A stretch of DNA of 64,000 bases from an uncultured SAR86 cluster bacterium (GTDB lineage: Bacteria; Pseudomonadota; Gammaproteobacteria; Magnimaribacterales; D2472), in NCBI GenBank assembly GCA_964276235.1, contig CAXYEK010000004.1, positions 5,228-69,227 of the forward strand, given 5' to 3'. The position numbers and the translations under genes were made by a program. This document shows positions 38,973 through 48,068 of this stretch, piece after piece. The number at the start of each line of letters is the position of its first letter. Position 1 is the stretch's first letter. Under the pieces are notes generated by a model, which was given only the letters and a program-made list of their open reading frames with translations, ran no database searches and was not told where the DNA came from.

Positions 38973-40067
38973 CTATTTTGAATATTGTTTTAGATGATGG
39001 TCGGTATTTCCAAACAATGCATCTATTACAATAAGCTTTTTAAGATAGTGACCAATCATTAATTCATCACTAACACCCATTCCACCATGTAACTGAACCG
39101 CTTGCTGAGCACAAAATTTACCTGACTTTCCAACTTGAGCCTTTAACGCAGAAACATGTTTAAACATATCGTCAGATTTGCTGTCAACTTCAACCATAGC
39201 TTTAATTAATAAAGATTTACAGAGTTCACTCTCTATAAACATGTCAACCATTCTGTGCTGTAAAACTTGAAAGTTAGATATTGGTTGATCAAACTGTTCT
39301 CTACCTTTTGTATATTCAACAGTTTTTAAATAACACGAAGACATGCAGCCGACAGCCTCTGCACTAACGCATAGAGTTGCTAAATTAATCGCTGTATTTA
39401 ATAATATATCTGCTTCATTACTAGATGCTATTAGTGAATCTTCTGCAATAACCACATTTTCAAAAGTTATCTCTGCACATGCTTGACCATCTACTGTTGG
39501 GAAGGTATTCATAGATATGCCATCATCAGAAGCATTAACTATTACTAAAGCTAATTCTCCTTTATGCATACAAGAAATGATTAGTTTATCTGCGTTTCCA
39601 CCGTTAAGAACAATTGTTTTAGTTCCATTAAGCTTCATATCATCGGATAGTGAAGTCATTGGTGTACTATAATTATATGAGTTAGCTGCTTCAGCATATG
39701 CTAAAGAAACTTGAATTGATCCACTGCATATCTGTTCAATTACATCTAATTTATGTGCATAATTTGAATTATCTAAAAGAGTACCAGAAAGCACAACAGT
39801 AGAAAGATAGGGTTCTATAACAAGAGCTTTACCAAATTCTTCAAATAATACTGAAAGTTCTATAGGTCCGAAACCAAAACCACCTGACTCTTCAGAGAAT
39901 GGAATAGATAACCACCCCTGCTCAGCAAATAAATTCCAAGCTTTAACATCAAAATCATTTTCAGATTTTATAACAGCTTCTCTTTTATAAAAATCATAGT
40001 CTGCATCACAAAATCTTTGAACCTGTTCTCTAAGCATAGTCTGCTCTTCACTATAATTTAAATTCAT
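38973..40067 (-). CDS. Acyl-CoA dehydrogenase family protein (364 aa, divergent C-terminus)
   Basis: ACAD fold (QLHGGMGVSDE). In the region where ACADs usually carry Y-E-G-T-x-E-I-Q it reads FGNTDHHL. Lies 3 nt downstream of the other ACAD. Confidence 0.8.
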   Translation of the reverse strand: MNLNYSEEQTMLREQVQRFCDADYDFYKREAVIKSENDFDVKAWNLFAEQGWLSIPFSEESGGFGFGPIELSVLFEEFGKALVIEPYLSTVVLSGTLLDNSNYAHKLDVIEQICSGSIQVSLAYAEAANSYNYSTPMTSLSDDMKLNGTKTIVLNGGNADKLIISCMHKGELALVIVNASDDGISMNTFPTVDGQACAEITFENVVIAEDSLIASSNEADILLNTAINLATLCVSAEAVGCMSSCYLKTVEYTKGREQFDQPISNFQVLQHRMVDMFIESELCKSLLIKAMVEVDSKSDDMFKHVSALKAQVGKSGKFCAQQAVQLHGGMGVSDELMIGHYLKKLIVIDALFGNTDHHLKQYSK

Positions 40068-40070
40068 AAT

Positions 40071-41246
40071 TTAAACTCCAAGAACAAATTTAGAAATAAT
40101 ATTTTTTTGAATTTCGTTACTGCCGCCATAAATAGATGTTTTTCTCATGTTTAAGAATCTTGACACAGCATCAGCTGAGTAATGAGGTCCACTTGGCTTT
40201 TCATTTGAACCAAATCCATGAGGTCCAGGGTATAACAATGCATGCTCTCCAGCTGCCTCAACAAATAATTCTGTTAGTCTTTGTTGAATCTCAGTTCCTC
40301 TTATTTTAAGAATAGAAGATTCGGCACCTACCTGCCCTCCATTCTCAAGATCTGAAAGCATTCTTAATTCAGTAATTTCGAGAGCGTTCAAGTCTATTTC
40401 TAATTCTGTAATTTTTTTATTAAATTCTGCATTATCTAAATCTTTTGCAACTTCTTTTAAATTATTAAGATGTCTTAGTGATCCTCCGACTGCTGCAATA
40501 CCAAATCTTTCATGAGCCAATAGGAATTTTGCATATGTCCAGCCCTTACCTTCTTCTCCAATTAAATTCTCAACTGGGACTTTTACGTCAGTAAAGAAAA
40601 CTGAATTAACTTCATGCTCTCCGTCGATTGTTATTATTGGTTTAACTTCAATTCCCGGATCTTTCATATCTATTAGCACGAATGAAATGCCTACTTGTTT
40701 GACTTGAGTAGTTTCAGTTCTAACTAAACAAAAAATCCAATCAGCACTTTGTGCCAATGTAGTCCATGTTTTAGCACCATTAACAATGTAATGAGAACCA
40801 TCTTCACTCATAACAGCTTTTGTTTTTAAAGATGCTAAATCAGATCCTGATCCAGGTTCAGAATATCCCTGACACCACCAAGTATTAAAATCTAGGATAT
40901 CAGGCAAGAATCTAGCTTTTTGCTCATCATTACCAAAAGTGTATATAACCGGAGCAACCATACTTACACCAAATGCCAGTAACGGAGGACATCCAGCAAG
41001 ACCAAATTCTTTGTTAAATAAGTAAAGTTGAGTTGCTGACCAACCTGTTCCACCATATTCAACAGGCCAGTTATAGCCCATCCATCCTTTTGCTGAAATT
41101 GCTTTGTGATAATCAACCATGTCTTGTCTAGTAAGAGGCTCAGCATTGTCTTGTTTGTCTTTGACATGCTTTGGATAATCATTGGCAAGCCATGATCTCA
41201 GCTCATCTCTAAATTCAAGATCTTCTTTTGAAAAATTTAATTCCAT
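40071..41246 (-). CDS. Acyl-CoA dehydrogenase family protein (391 aa)
   Basis: ACAD fold: GYSEPGSGSD, WTTLAQ and IYGGSNEIQKNII. Confidence 0.85.
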   Translation of the reverse strand: MELNFSKEDLEFRDELRSWLANDYPKHVKDKQDNAEPLTRQDMVDYHKAISAKGWMGYNWPVEYGGTGWSATQLYLFNKEFGLAGCPPLLAFGVSMVAPVIYTFGNDEQKARFLPDILDFNTWWCQGYSEPGSGSDLASLKTKAVMSEDGSHYIVNGAKTWTTLAQSADWIFCLVRTETTQVKQVGISFVLIDMKDPGIEVKPIITIDGEHEVNSVFFTDVKVPVENLIGEEGKGWTYAKFLLAHERFGIAAVGGSLRHLNNLKEVAKDLDNAEFNKKITELEIDLNALEITELRMLSDLENGGQVGAESSILKIRGTEIQQRLTELFVEAAGEHALLYPGPHGFGSNEKPSGPHYSADAVSRFLNMRKTSIYGGSNEIQKNIISKFVLGV

Positions 41247-41268
41247 ATTTACCCTTTAAGTTATTTGA

Positions 41269-44200
41269 TTGTTAGAATACGCGGATATTATACAGACTCT
41301 AATGACGAAAAAACAAGACCATAGAATTGCATTTGAATTATGCAATAGATTCAAACTAGACACTAAATCTGTATGCATAATCGTAGAAGATAATAAAGAA
41401 GCTAAATTATTAAAGAATGAATTAGACCTTTATTTAAATAAATTTGAAATTGACTACTTTCCTGAGAATGAAATTTTACCCTATGATCATTTCTCAATCC
41501 CTCAAAATATACTTAAAGAACGATTTAGAATCTTAAATTCTGAAGATAATCATAATAAAATCCTTATATCTACAGTTAAAAATCTATTTGAAATATATCC
41601 AACTATAGATTTTTTTAAATCTGTTAATCGGTTTAGTATTGGAGATACTTTAAGCATTAGTTCATTAGAAGGTATCCTGTCATCTCTAAACTATAAAAAA
41701 GTTAATAGGATTGAATCCATTAATGAATATTCATTCAGAGGGGGTATTGTAGATATATATACCCCTATTTATAAAAATCCTTTAAGAATAGAAATCTTTG
41801 ATGACAAAATAGAATCTATAAGACTATTCAATCCGGAATCACAATTATCTATAGAAACAATAAATCATTTTAATTTGTCGAAGGGGTCTATTCAGTCACT
41901 TGATAAAAATAGTCTTAAAATATTTAAAGATAATTGGAGAGAGTATTTTCAAGATAATGATGAAAGATATTGTGAGATATTTCAAAAATTAAATAAGAAT
42001 GAATTAGCTGAGGGCTCTGAAATTTATTTACCATTGTTCTTTAATAAAACTTCTGATTTTTTTGATTTATTTAAATCATATGAATTCATTAAAGCTTCAA
42101 ATTTTTCGATTCTTTTAAAGGGCTATAAAGAATTTATTGATGAGCGATATTCAGACGAAAATATTGACTCTCAAAGACCAATACTAAAACCATCTGATAT
42201 GTTTACAGATGTATCCTTAATAAAAGATAAGTTAGAAACCGCTTCATTATTATCTATATCTAATAAATATGAAGACTTTTTATATAATAATTTTGATGAA
42301 GTAATGGACGAGAAATCAATTGATAACATTAATGTAAAAGTCTTTCTAACCTCTATTAATAGCCAATATGAAAGCCTCTTAGAGAAATACTTACCTGATG
42401 TTAAACAAATAAATCAAATCGATAATGCTGAACCTGGCATTAACATAATGATGTCACCAGTTATTAGGCCATTGATTGTTGATAATATTTTGGTAGCTCA
42501 TAGAGAATTTTTTACAAATACATCAGAAGAAATATTACACCAAACAAGACACCATCATAAAGTTGTAGATAAAGATGTAATGTTTAAAAATGGTGATCTC
42601 GTTATTCATGAAAATTATGGCCTTGGAAAATATGAAGGCCTTGAAGTAGTTAAAGCAAATGGTATTTCAAATGAATATATAAAAATTATTTATTCATCTA
42701 ATGAGTCACTATATGTCCCTCTTAGAAGTGTTGAACTCGTTAGTAAATACCATAAAAATAATATCATTGATGAAGTCTCTTTAGATTCTTTATCTTCTAC
42801 TAGATGGCTTAAAAATAAAGATAAAGCTTCTAAAAGAGCATATGATCACGCTGCAGAAATTTTAGATGTAGAATCCAGAAGAAGAGCATCAAACTCTGCT
42901 GTTTTAAAGATAGATGATAAAGACTTTGATGAATTCAATGCAGAATTTCCATACAAAGAAACACCCGATCAAATTGAAGCTGTAAATAGTATTAAAAAAG
43001 ACATCGGGCTAATTAAACCAATGAATAGAGTTTTATGTGGTGATGTGGGTTTTGGAAAAACAGAAGTTGCTATGAGAGCAGCATATATTTCAGTTCATTC
43101 CTCAAAACAAGTGATTTTATTGTGTCCAAGTACAGTTTTATCAGATCAGCATTTTGAATCATTTCTAGAGCGCTACAAAAAATTTCCATTAAATATAAAG
43201 CTATTAAATAGGCATACTTCTGCAAAGGATAAAGTAGATATAGTTAAATCGTTCAATGCTAACGATATTGATATATTGATTGGAACACACGCCCTATTCA
43301 CTTCCGGTATAAATTTTAATAACACAGGTCTTTTAATCGTCGATGAGGAGCATAAATTTGGAATAAGACAAAAGGATGTTATTAAATCTAAACAAGAAAA
43401 TATTCATATTTTATATTTATCAGCAACACCAATACCAAGAACTATGAATTTTATATTTTCAGGACTTAAAGAATTTTCATTTCTTCATACACCACCAACA
43501 AATAGAATTAGTATTAAATCATTTTTGAAAGTTCAAAGTAATCAGTTGATAAAAGAAGCATTATCAAGGGAGATTTCAAGAGGAGGTCAATGTTTCATTG
43601 TTCAAAATGACATATCTAAAATGGATATGCTAAAAAGAGATATAAATAGTTTGTTACCTGAAGTTTCTATTGATATAGCTCATGGAAAATTAAAAAAACA
43701 AGATATATCAAATGTAATGTCAAGGTTTGATACAGGTGACCTAGATATACTTATATGCACCACTATTGTTGAAATGGGATTAGACATACCAAATGCTAAT
43801 ACAATCATAATTATAGATGCACAAAATTTTGGGCTATCTCAGCTTCATCAATTAAGAGGGAGAGTTGGTCGATCAAATAAACAAGGTTACTGTTATTTTT
43901 TAATTCCAGTTGCTGATTTATCTAAAATTGCTAAAGAAAGGCTTGATTCAATAATAAGATTATCTGGTCTTGGGTCTGGTTTTTTTATAGCTCAAGAAGA
44001 CTTAGAAATAAGAGGTGGTGGTGAAATGCTTGGGGATAAACAGAGTGGACATATTAACTCTGTGGGAATCAGTCTTTACTTATCTATGTTAAAAAATGCA
44101 TTAGATAAATTTAAGAACAATGATGAAAAGGAATTAATTCAAACTGAAATTAATTTTTATGATTCTTCATATATTAGTGATAAATACCTTCCTTCTGCAC

Positions 44201-44574
44201 TAGAAAGATTAAAAATATATAAATCTATTAATAAAGTAACTAATAACAAGGAATTAAATGAGATTAAATCTAATCTGATAGATAGGTGTGGTGCATTGCC
44301 AGATGAGGTCAGTAACTTGATAAGCAACGCCGAACTTGGAATTTTAATTAAAAATTCTGGCATAACTAAAATTTCATCTAATAATAATAAAACCAGTTTT
44401 ATGCTTTCAACAAATATTAAAAAGGAAGTTTTTGAGCGAATATTGACTCTCGTTACAAATAAGCCCAATATTTATAGCATTAATAAAGACAATAAATTTG
44501 TTATTAATATAAAAGAAAATATAGCTTCAGTTAGAAGAAGAAAAACTACGGAATTAATTAATGAAATCATATAA
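41269..44574 (+). CDS. mfd: Transcription-repair coupling factor Mfd
   Basis: 1101 aa with the CarD-like segment (GDLVIHENYGLGKYEG), helicase motifs GDVGFGKTEVA, DEEHKFG and QLRGRVGRS, and the TRG motif region. The track start is TTG at 41269; the ATG at 41302 is an alternative. Confidence 0.93.
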   Translation: MLEYADIIQTLMTKKQDHRIAFELCNRFKLDTKSVCIIVEDNKEAKLLKNELDLYLNKFEIDYFPENEILPYDHFSIPQNILKERFRILNSEDNHNKILISTVKNLFEIYPTIDFFKSVNRFSIGDTLSISSLEGILSSLNYKKVNRIESINEYSFRGGIVDIYTPIYKNPLRIEIFDDKIESIRLFNPESQLSIETINHFNLSKGSIQSLDKNSLKIFKDNWREYFQDNDERYCEIFQKLNKNELAEGSEIYLPLFFNKTSDFFDLFKSYEFIKASNFSILLKGYKEFIDERYSDENIDSQRPILKPSDMFTDVSLIKDKLETASLLSISNKYEDFLYNNFDEVMDEKSIDNINVKVFLTSINSQYESLLEKYLPDVKQINQIDNAEPGINIMMSPVIRPLIVDNILVAHREFFTNTSEEILHQTRHHHKVVDKDVMFKNGDLVIHENYGLGKYEGLEVVKANGISNEYIKIIYSSNESLYVPLRSVELVSKYHKNNIIDEVSLDSLSSTRWLKNKDKASKRAYDHAAEILDVESRRRASNSAVLKIDDKDFDEFNAEFPYKETPDQIEAVNSIKKDIGLIKPMNRVLCGDVGFGKTEVAMRAAYISVHSSKQVILLCPSTVLSDQHFESFLERYKKFPLNIKLLNRHTSAKDKVDIVKSFNANDIDILIGTHALFTSGINFNNTGLLIVDEEHKFGIRQKDVIKSKQENIHILYLSATPIPRTMNFIFSGLKEFSFLHTPPTNRISIKSFLKVQSNQLIKEALSREISRGGQCFIVQNDISKMDMLKRDINSLLPEVSIDIAHGKLKKQDISNVMSRFDTGDLDILICTTIVEMGLDIPNANTIIIIDAQNFGLSQLHQLRGRVGRSNKQGYCYFLIPVADLSKIAKERLDSIIRLSGLGSGFFIAQEDLEIRGGGEMLGDKQSGHINSVGISLYLSMLKNALDKFKNNDEKELIQTEINFYDSSYISDKYLPSALERLKIYKSINKVTNNKELNEIKSNLIDRCGALPDEVSNLISNAELGILIKNSGITKISSNNNKTSFMLSTNIKKEVFERILTLVTNKPNIYSINKDNKFVINIKENIASVRRRKTTELINEII

Positions 44575-45409
44575 AAAAATCATTTTATTTATAATTTCTT
44601 TATCATCACTATCAGTTTTTGGAAATAATGCATTAGAAGAATACAAAATTGAGTTAATAGTTTTTAAACATAATCAAATTCAGAGCGATGAGAGTTTTGA
44701 TGCCAAGTTGAATATTCCTAATTCAGAATTACTAGGATTCTATTCTCCAGCTCTTTCAATCAATTCCACATCTTTATTTAAAAAAAATAAAGAGAAATCA
44801 TTTTTTACATCAATGTTTGATAATTTTAAACCAAAAAGAGTAAGAGAATCCCAGGAAAAGTCTGAGGTTATCAGAGCCCCTAATCCAGGTAACTGGTTTA
44901 GAAAATCATCAAGTCTTAGTCATCTTAAGAAATTAAATACAAAATTAATAAATAGCTCTAATTATAACGTTTTGGATAGTTATAGCTGGGTACAAAATAT
45001 AGAAGATAAAGAATCATCCAATTATCTTGCTGATATCAATATTGATAAAAAATACGGATATTACTTAAAATTTTATAAGACAAGGTTTCTTCATGCAGAT
45101 CTTAAGGCGTATATAGGTATAGCTGAGGAATCTGAATTAAAAGATATTACTAGAGTGCATATAGAAAATTATGAGAATAAGATTCTAACCAATAATAATA
45201 AAGTATCTACCATTCCTTCAGTTGAAATTAAATTAAATAAAAAAAATACATTCAAAAAAATTAAAACTTTAAATCCTAAAAAGGAAGGTATTAAAGGCTT
45301 TGATGAAATTAAAATTTTTATAGACGAAGAAAGAAGAATTTTTAATGAAGAAATTCATTATTTTGACCACCCCTATTTTGGGGTAATTATATCAATTAAT
45401 AAAATTTAG
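44561..45409 (+). CDS. CsiV-like periplasmic protein (peptidoglycan-binding family)
   Basis: Signal peptide MKSYKKIILFIISLSSLSVFG, YKIELIVFKH near the N-terminus and HYFDHPYFGVIISI at the C-terminus, as I recall for the CsiV family. Conserved position just downstream of mfd. Confidence 0.55.
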   Translation: MKSYKKIILFIISLSSLSVFGNNALEEYKIELIVFKHNQIQSDESFDAKLNIPNSELLGFYSPALSINSTSLFKKNKEKSFFTSMFDNFKPKRVRESQEKSEVIRAPNPGNWFRKSSSLSHLKKLNTKLINSSNYNVLDSYSWVQNIEDKESSNYLADINIDKKYGYYLKFYKTRFLHADLKAYIGIAEESELKDITRVHIENYENKILTNNNKVSTIPSVEIKLNKKNTFKKIKTLNPKKEGIKGFDEIKIFIDEERRIFNEEIHYFDHPYFGVIISINKI

Positions 45410-45999
45410 CTCTTATAAAAAGCGTTGTCATCAATTGAATGATCTGTTGAATCCATTACAGAAGTTAGTTCAGGTATTTGTTCAAGCAATGTTTTTTCTA
45501 TTCCATCTTTGAGTGTTATATCCACCATTCCACATCCCTGACAACCTCCTCCAAATTGGAGAATAGCTTCTCCTTTATCTGTAAATTTAACCAAGCTAAC
45601 TTCGCCCCCATGAGATTCAAGCATAGGATTTATTTCGTTATATATAACATAATTTATCCTGTCTTCTGGAGGACTATCAGGAGAAATATTAGGTAATCTA
45701 GCGTTGGGCGCTTTAATTGTTAGTTGGCCACCAAATGTATCGTTATCAAAATTAACTTCTGCAGCAGCTAAAAAAGGAATACTACGCTTCTCTACATTTA
45801 CTGTTATTAGATCTAATTTAATAATTTCATCATCTTGTCCTGCTTCTTCTGGTTTACAATAGGCTAAACAGGTTTCAGCCTTTGGAGTTCCTGGATCAGA
45901 TATGAAAATTCTGACCGATAAATCAGATTCATTTTTATCATTTAGGAGTTTTGCAAGATACTCTTCAGCTGATTTAGTAATGTTAATAATTTTATTCAT
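45406..45999 (-). CDS. nfuA: Fe-S cluster biogenesis protein NfuA
   Basis: 197 aa with a degenerate A-type N-domain plus an Nfu C-domain carrying GGGCQGCGM. Confidence 0.92.
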   Translation of the reverse strand: MNKIINITKSAEEYLAKLLNDKNESDLSVRIFISDPGTPKAETCLAYCKPEEAGQDDEIIKLDLITVNVEKRSIPFLAAAEVNFDNDTFGGQLTIKAPNARLPNISPDSPPEDRINYVIYNEINPMLESHGGEVSLVKFTDKGEAILQFGGGCQGCGMVDITLKDGIEKTLLEQIPELTSVMDSTDHSIDDNAFYKS

Positions 46000-46008
46000 A
46001 ATATTTAT

Positions 46009-46176
46009 ATGTGGTTAAAAAGAGTTTTAAATTCATTTCTTGGGGTACGAACCTCATCAGAACTTGAAAATGATTTAAAGAACCTGTCATTAATCAAAAT
46101 AATTACTCTATTTATAGTGCTTAATATAACATTTATAGTGATTTTATATTTAATTACGTCATTTTTTATAAATTAA
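46009..46176 (+). CDS. Small membrane protein, DUF2970-like (55 aa)
   Basis: Below the ORF-track cutoff. My translation is MWLKRVLNSFLGVRTSSELENDLKNLSLIKIITLFIVLNITFIVILYLITSFFIN. The N-terminal ..L..F.GV(R/Q) motif followed by one TM helix resembles DUF2970 (from memory). It ends 1 nt before the trmA ATG. There is no obvious SD and it starts only 10 nt from the nfuA ATG. Confidence 0.4.
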   Translation: MWLKRVLNSFLGVRTSSELENDLKNLSLIKIITLFIVLNITFIVILYLITSFFIN

Positions 46177-46177
46177 A

Positions 46178-47188
46178 ATGGATAAATTTACATTAACTAA
46201 TATTGAATTAAAAAAACACTTTAGTGGCTCTGTAGTTATTAATCATAGTCCCTCAACTAGTTATAGATCTAGATGCGAATTTGGATATCAGAAAAATCAT
46301 TACATAATGCATGATGTTAAAGGTGAAAAAATATATTTAAAATATTTTGATATAGCTAGACCATGCATAGCTAATTTAATGCCTCAAATACTAATAGAAA
46401 TTAATAGAGATGATTTGATTAAAACAAAATTGTTTCAAATTAATTACAGATGTAACTCTAATAATGAAGTGATGGTTTCCTTTGTGTATCACAAAAAAAT
46501 TACTGATGAACTAAAGATTAGAGCTAATGAGATTTCACTTAAATTTAATATTCAACTAATTATCAGAGCTAGGAAAGAATTTTATTGCTCTAGAGACGAC
46601 CTTCTTGTTGATACAATCGATGGTTTAAATATAACCCTTTATCAAACTGATCAATCCTTCTATCAGCCAAATCACTTTATGATGCCTCGGATGGTGCAAA
46701 AGGTCATACAAATGATTAAAAAACCCAAAGATCTTTTAGAGCTTTATTGTGGATCTGGAACATTCACTCTTCCTTTAGCAAAATATTTTTCAAAGGTATT
46801 TGCAACAGAAAATAATAGGCAATCTATAAGATGTTTAAATAAAGGTATAGCTAGTAATAATATAGATAACGTTAACTATGCTAGGCTATCAGATGATGAG
46901 GTTACTGAACTTTTAGAAGGAAGAGTTTTTAGAAGAATGAATGACCATGACTTTAGTGCTTACAACTTCTCACATATATTAGTTGATCCTCCAAGGTCGG
47001 GGTTAACTGATAATGTATTAAATATATTGAAAAGGTTTGATAAAGTTATATATGTTTCATGTAATCCAGAGACTTACATTAGAGATATAAAATTACTTGA
47101 TAGTTTTTCAATCTCAGACATTGAAATTTTTGACCAATTTCCCAATACCAATCATTTAGAAATAGTTTCAATGCTCGATAAGCATTGA
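46178..47188 (+). CDS. trmA: tRNA (uracil54-C5)-methyltransferase TrmA
   Basis: 336 aa. SAM motif LELYCGSGTFTLPLA, VDPPRSG and catalytic Cys context YVSCNPET. Confidence 0.9.
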   Translation: MDKFTLTNIELKKHFSGSVVINHSPSTSYRSRCEFGYQKNHYIMHDVKGEKIYLKYFDIARPCIANLMPQILIEINRDDLIKTKLFQINYRCNSNNEVMVSFVYHKKITDELKIRANEISLKFNIQLIIRARKEFYCSRDDLLVDTIDGLNITLYQTDQSFYQPNHFMMPRMVQKVIQMIKKPKDLLELYCGSGTFTLPLAKYFSKVFATENNRQSIRCLNKGIASNNIDNVNYARLSDDEVTELLEGRVFRRMNDHDFSAYNFSHILVDPPRSGLTDNVLNILKRFDKVIYVSCNPETYIRDIKLLDSFSISDIEIFDQFPNTNHLEIVSMLDKH

Positions 47189-47287
47189 TTTATATTTAGC
47201 TTTTATCTAATGCGAATGATTCTCATTTGCAAATAATTGTTAAAAATGGCTAAATGAAGATAGTTATATAAATCAATAGGAGAAAAA

Positions 47288-47719
47288 ATGGATATTATTA
47301 CAAGTGTTACTGCAGAAATTTCATTGTGGGAACTTTTTGCAACTTCAAGAGGTGCAAATGCAACTGTCTTTTTAGCTACAGTTATTGCGGTGTGGATAGC
47401 AGCTAGATTTTCTAGCGTCATGATTGAAAAAGGAGCTAATACTTTAGCAAAAGTTATTGCTACTGCTTTTGCAGTTTCTGTTTTCCTTTTAGGACTGAAT
47501 CTCGGTGGCTGGGTCACAGGAACATATGAAGGTCATGCAGAAGCTCTTGCGGCATTAGATGCTGCCAATGGTGCTCTCGAAATTGGACCTGGATCAAAAG
47601 CTTTCATAGAAAATATGGCTAATGGTGGAAATATGATTGGAACTGTTGGTGCCTGGATGTTTTATGTCACAGGTCTTTTAATTGCAGTTCTTCCATTATG
47701 GTTTAACCCCAATGATTAA
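47288..47719 (+). CDS. Small Ala/Gly-rich integral membrane protein, unknown function
   Basis: 143 aa with 3-4 predicted TM segments. Good SD (ataGGAGaaaaaATG) and an intrinsic terminator directly downstream. The antisense ORF at 47203..47517 has neither. Confidence 0.7.
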   Translation: MDIITSVTAEISLWELFATSRGANATVFLATVIAVWIAARFSSVMIEKGANTLAKVIATAFAVSVFLLGLNLGGWVTGTYEGHAEALAALDAANGALEIGPGSKAFIENMANGGNMIGTVGAWMFYVTGLLIAVLPLWFNPND

Positions 47720-47734
47720 TTGATTAATAAATTT

Positions 47735-47764
47735 AAAAGGCACTAAATAAAGTGCCTTTTTTTT
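47735..47764 (+). terminator. Rho-independent terminator
   Basis: aaaaGGCAC-taaataaa-GTGCCtttttttt: stem at 47735-47743 and 47752-47760, followed by an 8-T run, 16 nt after the stop at 47719. Confidence 0.8.
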
Positions 47765-47772
47765 GTTTACAT

Positions 47773-47792
47773 TGTATTAGCATAGTAATACA
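47773..47792. promoter_or_regulatory. Candidate operator, inverted repeat TGTATTA-N6-TAATACA upstream of the his operon
   Basis: 7-bp perfect arms with a 6-nt spacer, ending 10 nt before the ATG of the TrpR/YerC-like gene. It overlaps possible -35 TTGTTT (47764-47769) and -10 TAATAC (47786-47791) elements. Confidence 0.45.
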
Positions 47793-47801
47793 CTGCTACA
47801 C

Positions 47802-48068
47802 ATGAAAAATATAGACAATGCAATATTACTCTTAAAAAATAAAAGTGAGGTTAATGATTTTCTAAAAGATCTATGTACTCCCTCCGAACTTAAAGCATTA
47901 GAAGAACGTTGGGCCGTTGCACAACTTCTTTATCAAGATAAATTATCTTATAGAGAAATAGCTAGTAAATTAAAAACAAGTACAACAACAGTAACGAGAG
48001 TTGCTAGATTTTTAGTAAATGAACCAAACAAAGGTTATCAAAAAATATTGAAGAGGATTAGTAAATGA
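47802..48068 (+). CDS. TrpR-like YerC/YecD family DNA-binding protein
   Basis: 88 aa. DLCTPSELKALEERWAVAQLL..SYREIASKLKTSTTTVTRVARFL matches the YerC/YecD (Trp-repressor-like) pattern. ATGA overlap with hisG. Confidence 0.8.
   Translation: MKNIDNAILLLKNKSEVNDFLKDLCTPSELKALEERWAVAQLLYQDKLSYREIASKLKTSTTTVTRVARFLVNEPNKGYQKILKRISK

Noticed and set aside
46110-46140. Direct repeat ATTTATAGTG occurring twice, 21 nt apart
   Set aside because: It lies inside the candidate small ORF, where it encodes the repeated (F)IV residues of the TM helix. It is short and AT-rich, so probably coincidental.
47212-47230. Hairpin GCGAATGA-ttc-TCATTTGC 23 nt after the trmA stop
   Set aside because: The stem includes a G-U pair and no U-tract follows on either strand. 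It may be a weak terminator but is not well enough supported.
47203-47517. 104-aa minus-strand ORF overlapping the 143-aa membrane-protein gene
   Set aside because: It is the mirror image of an Ala-rich (GCN) coding region. The plus-strand ORF has the SD and the downstream terminator, and this one has neither.
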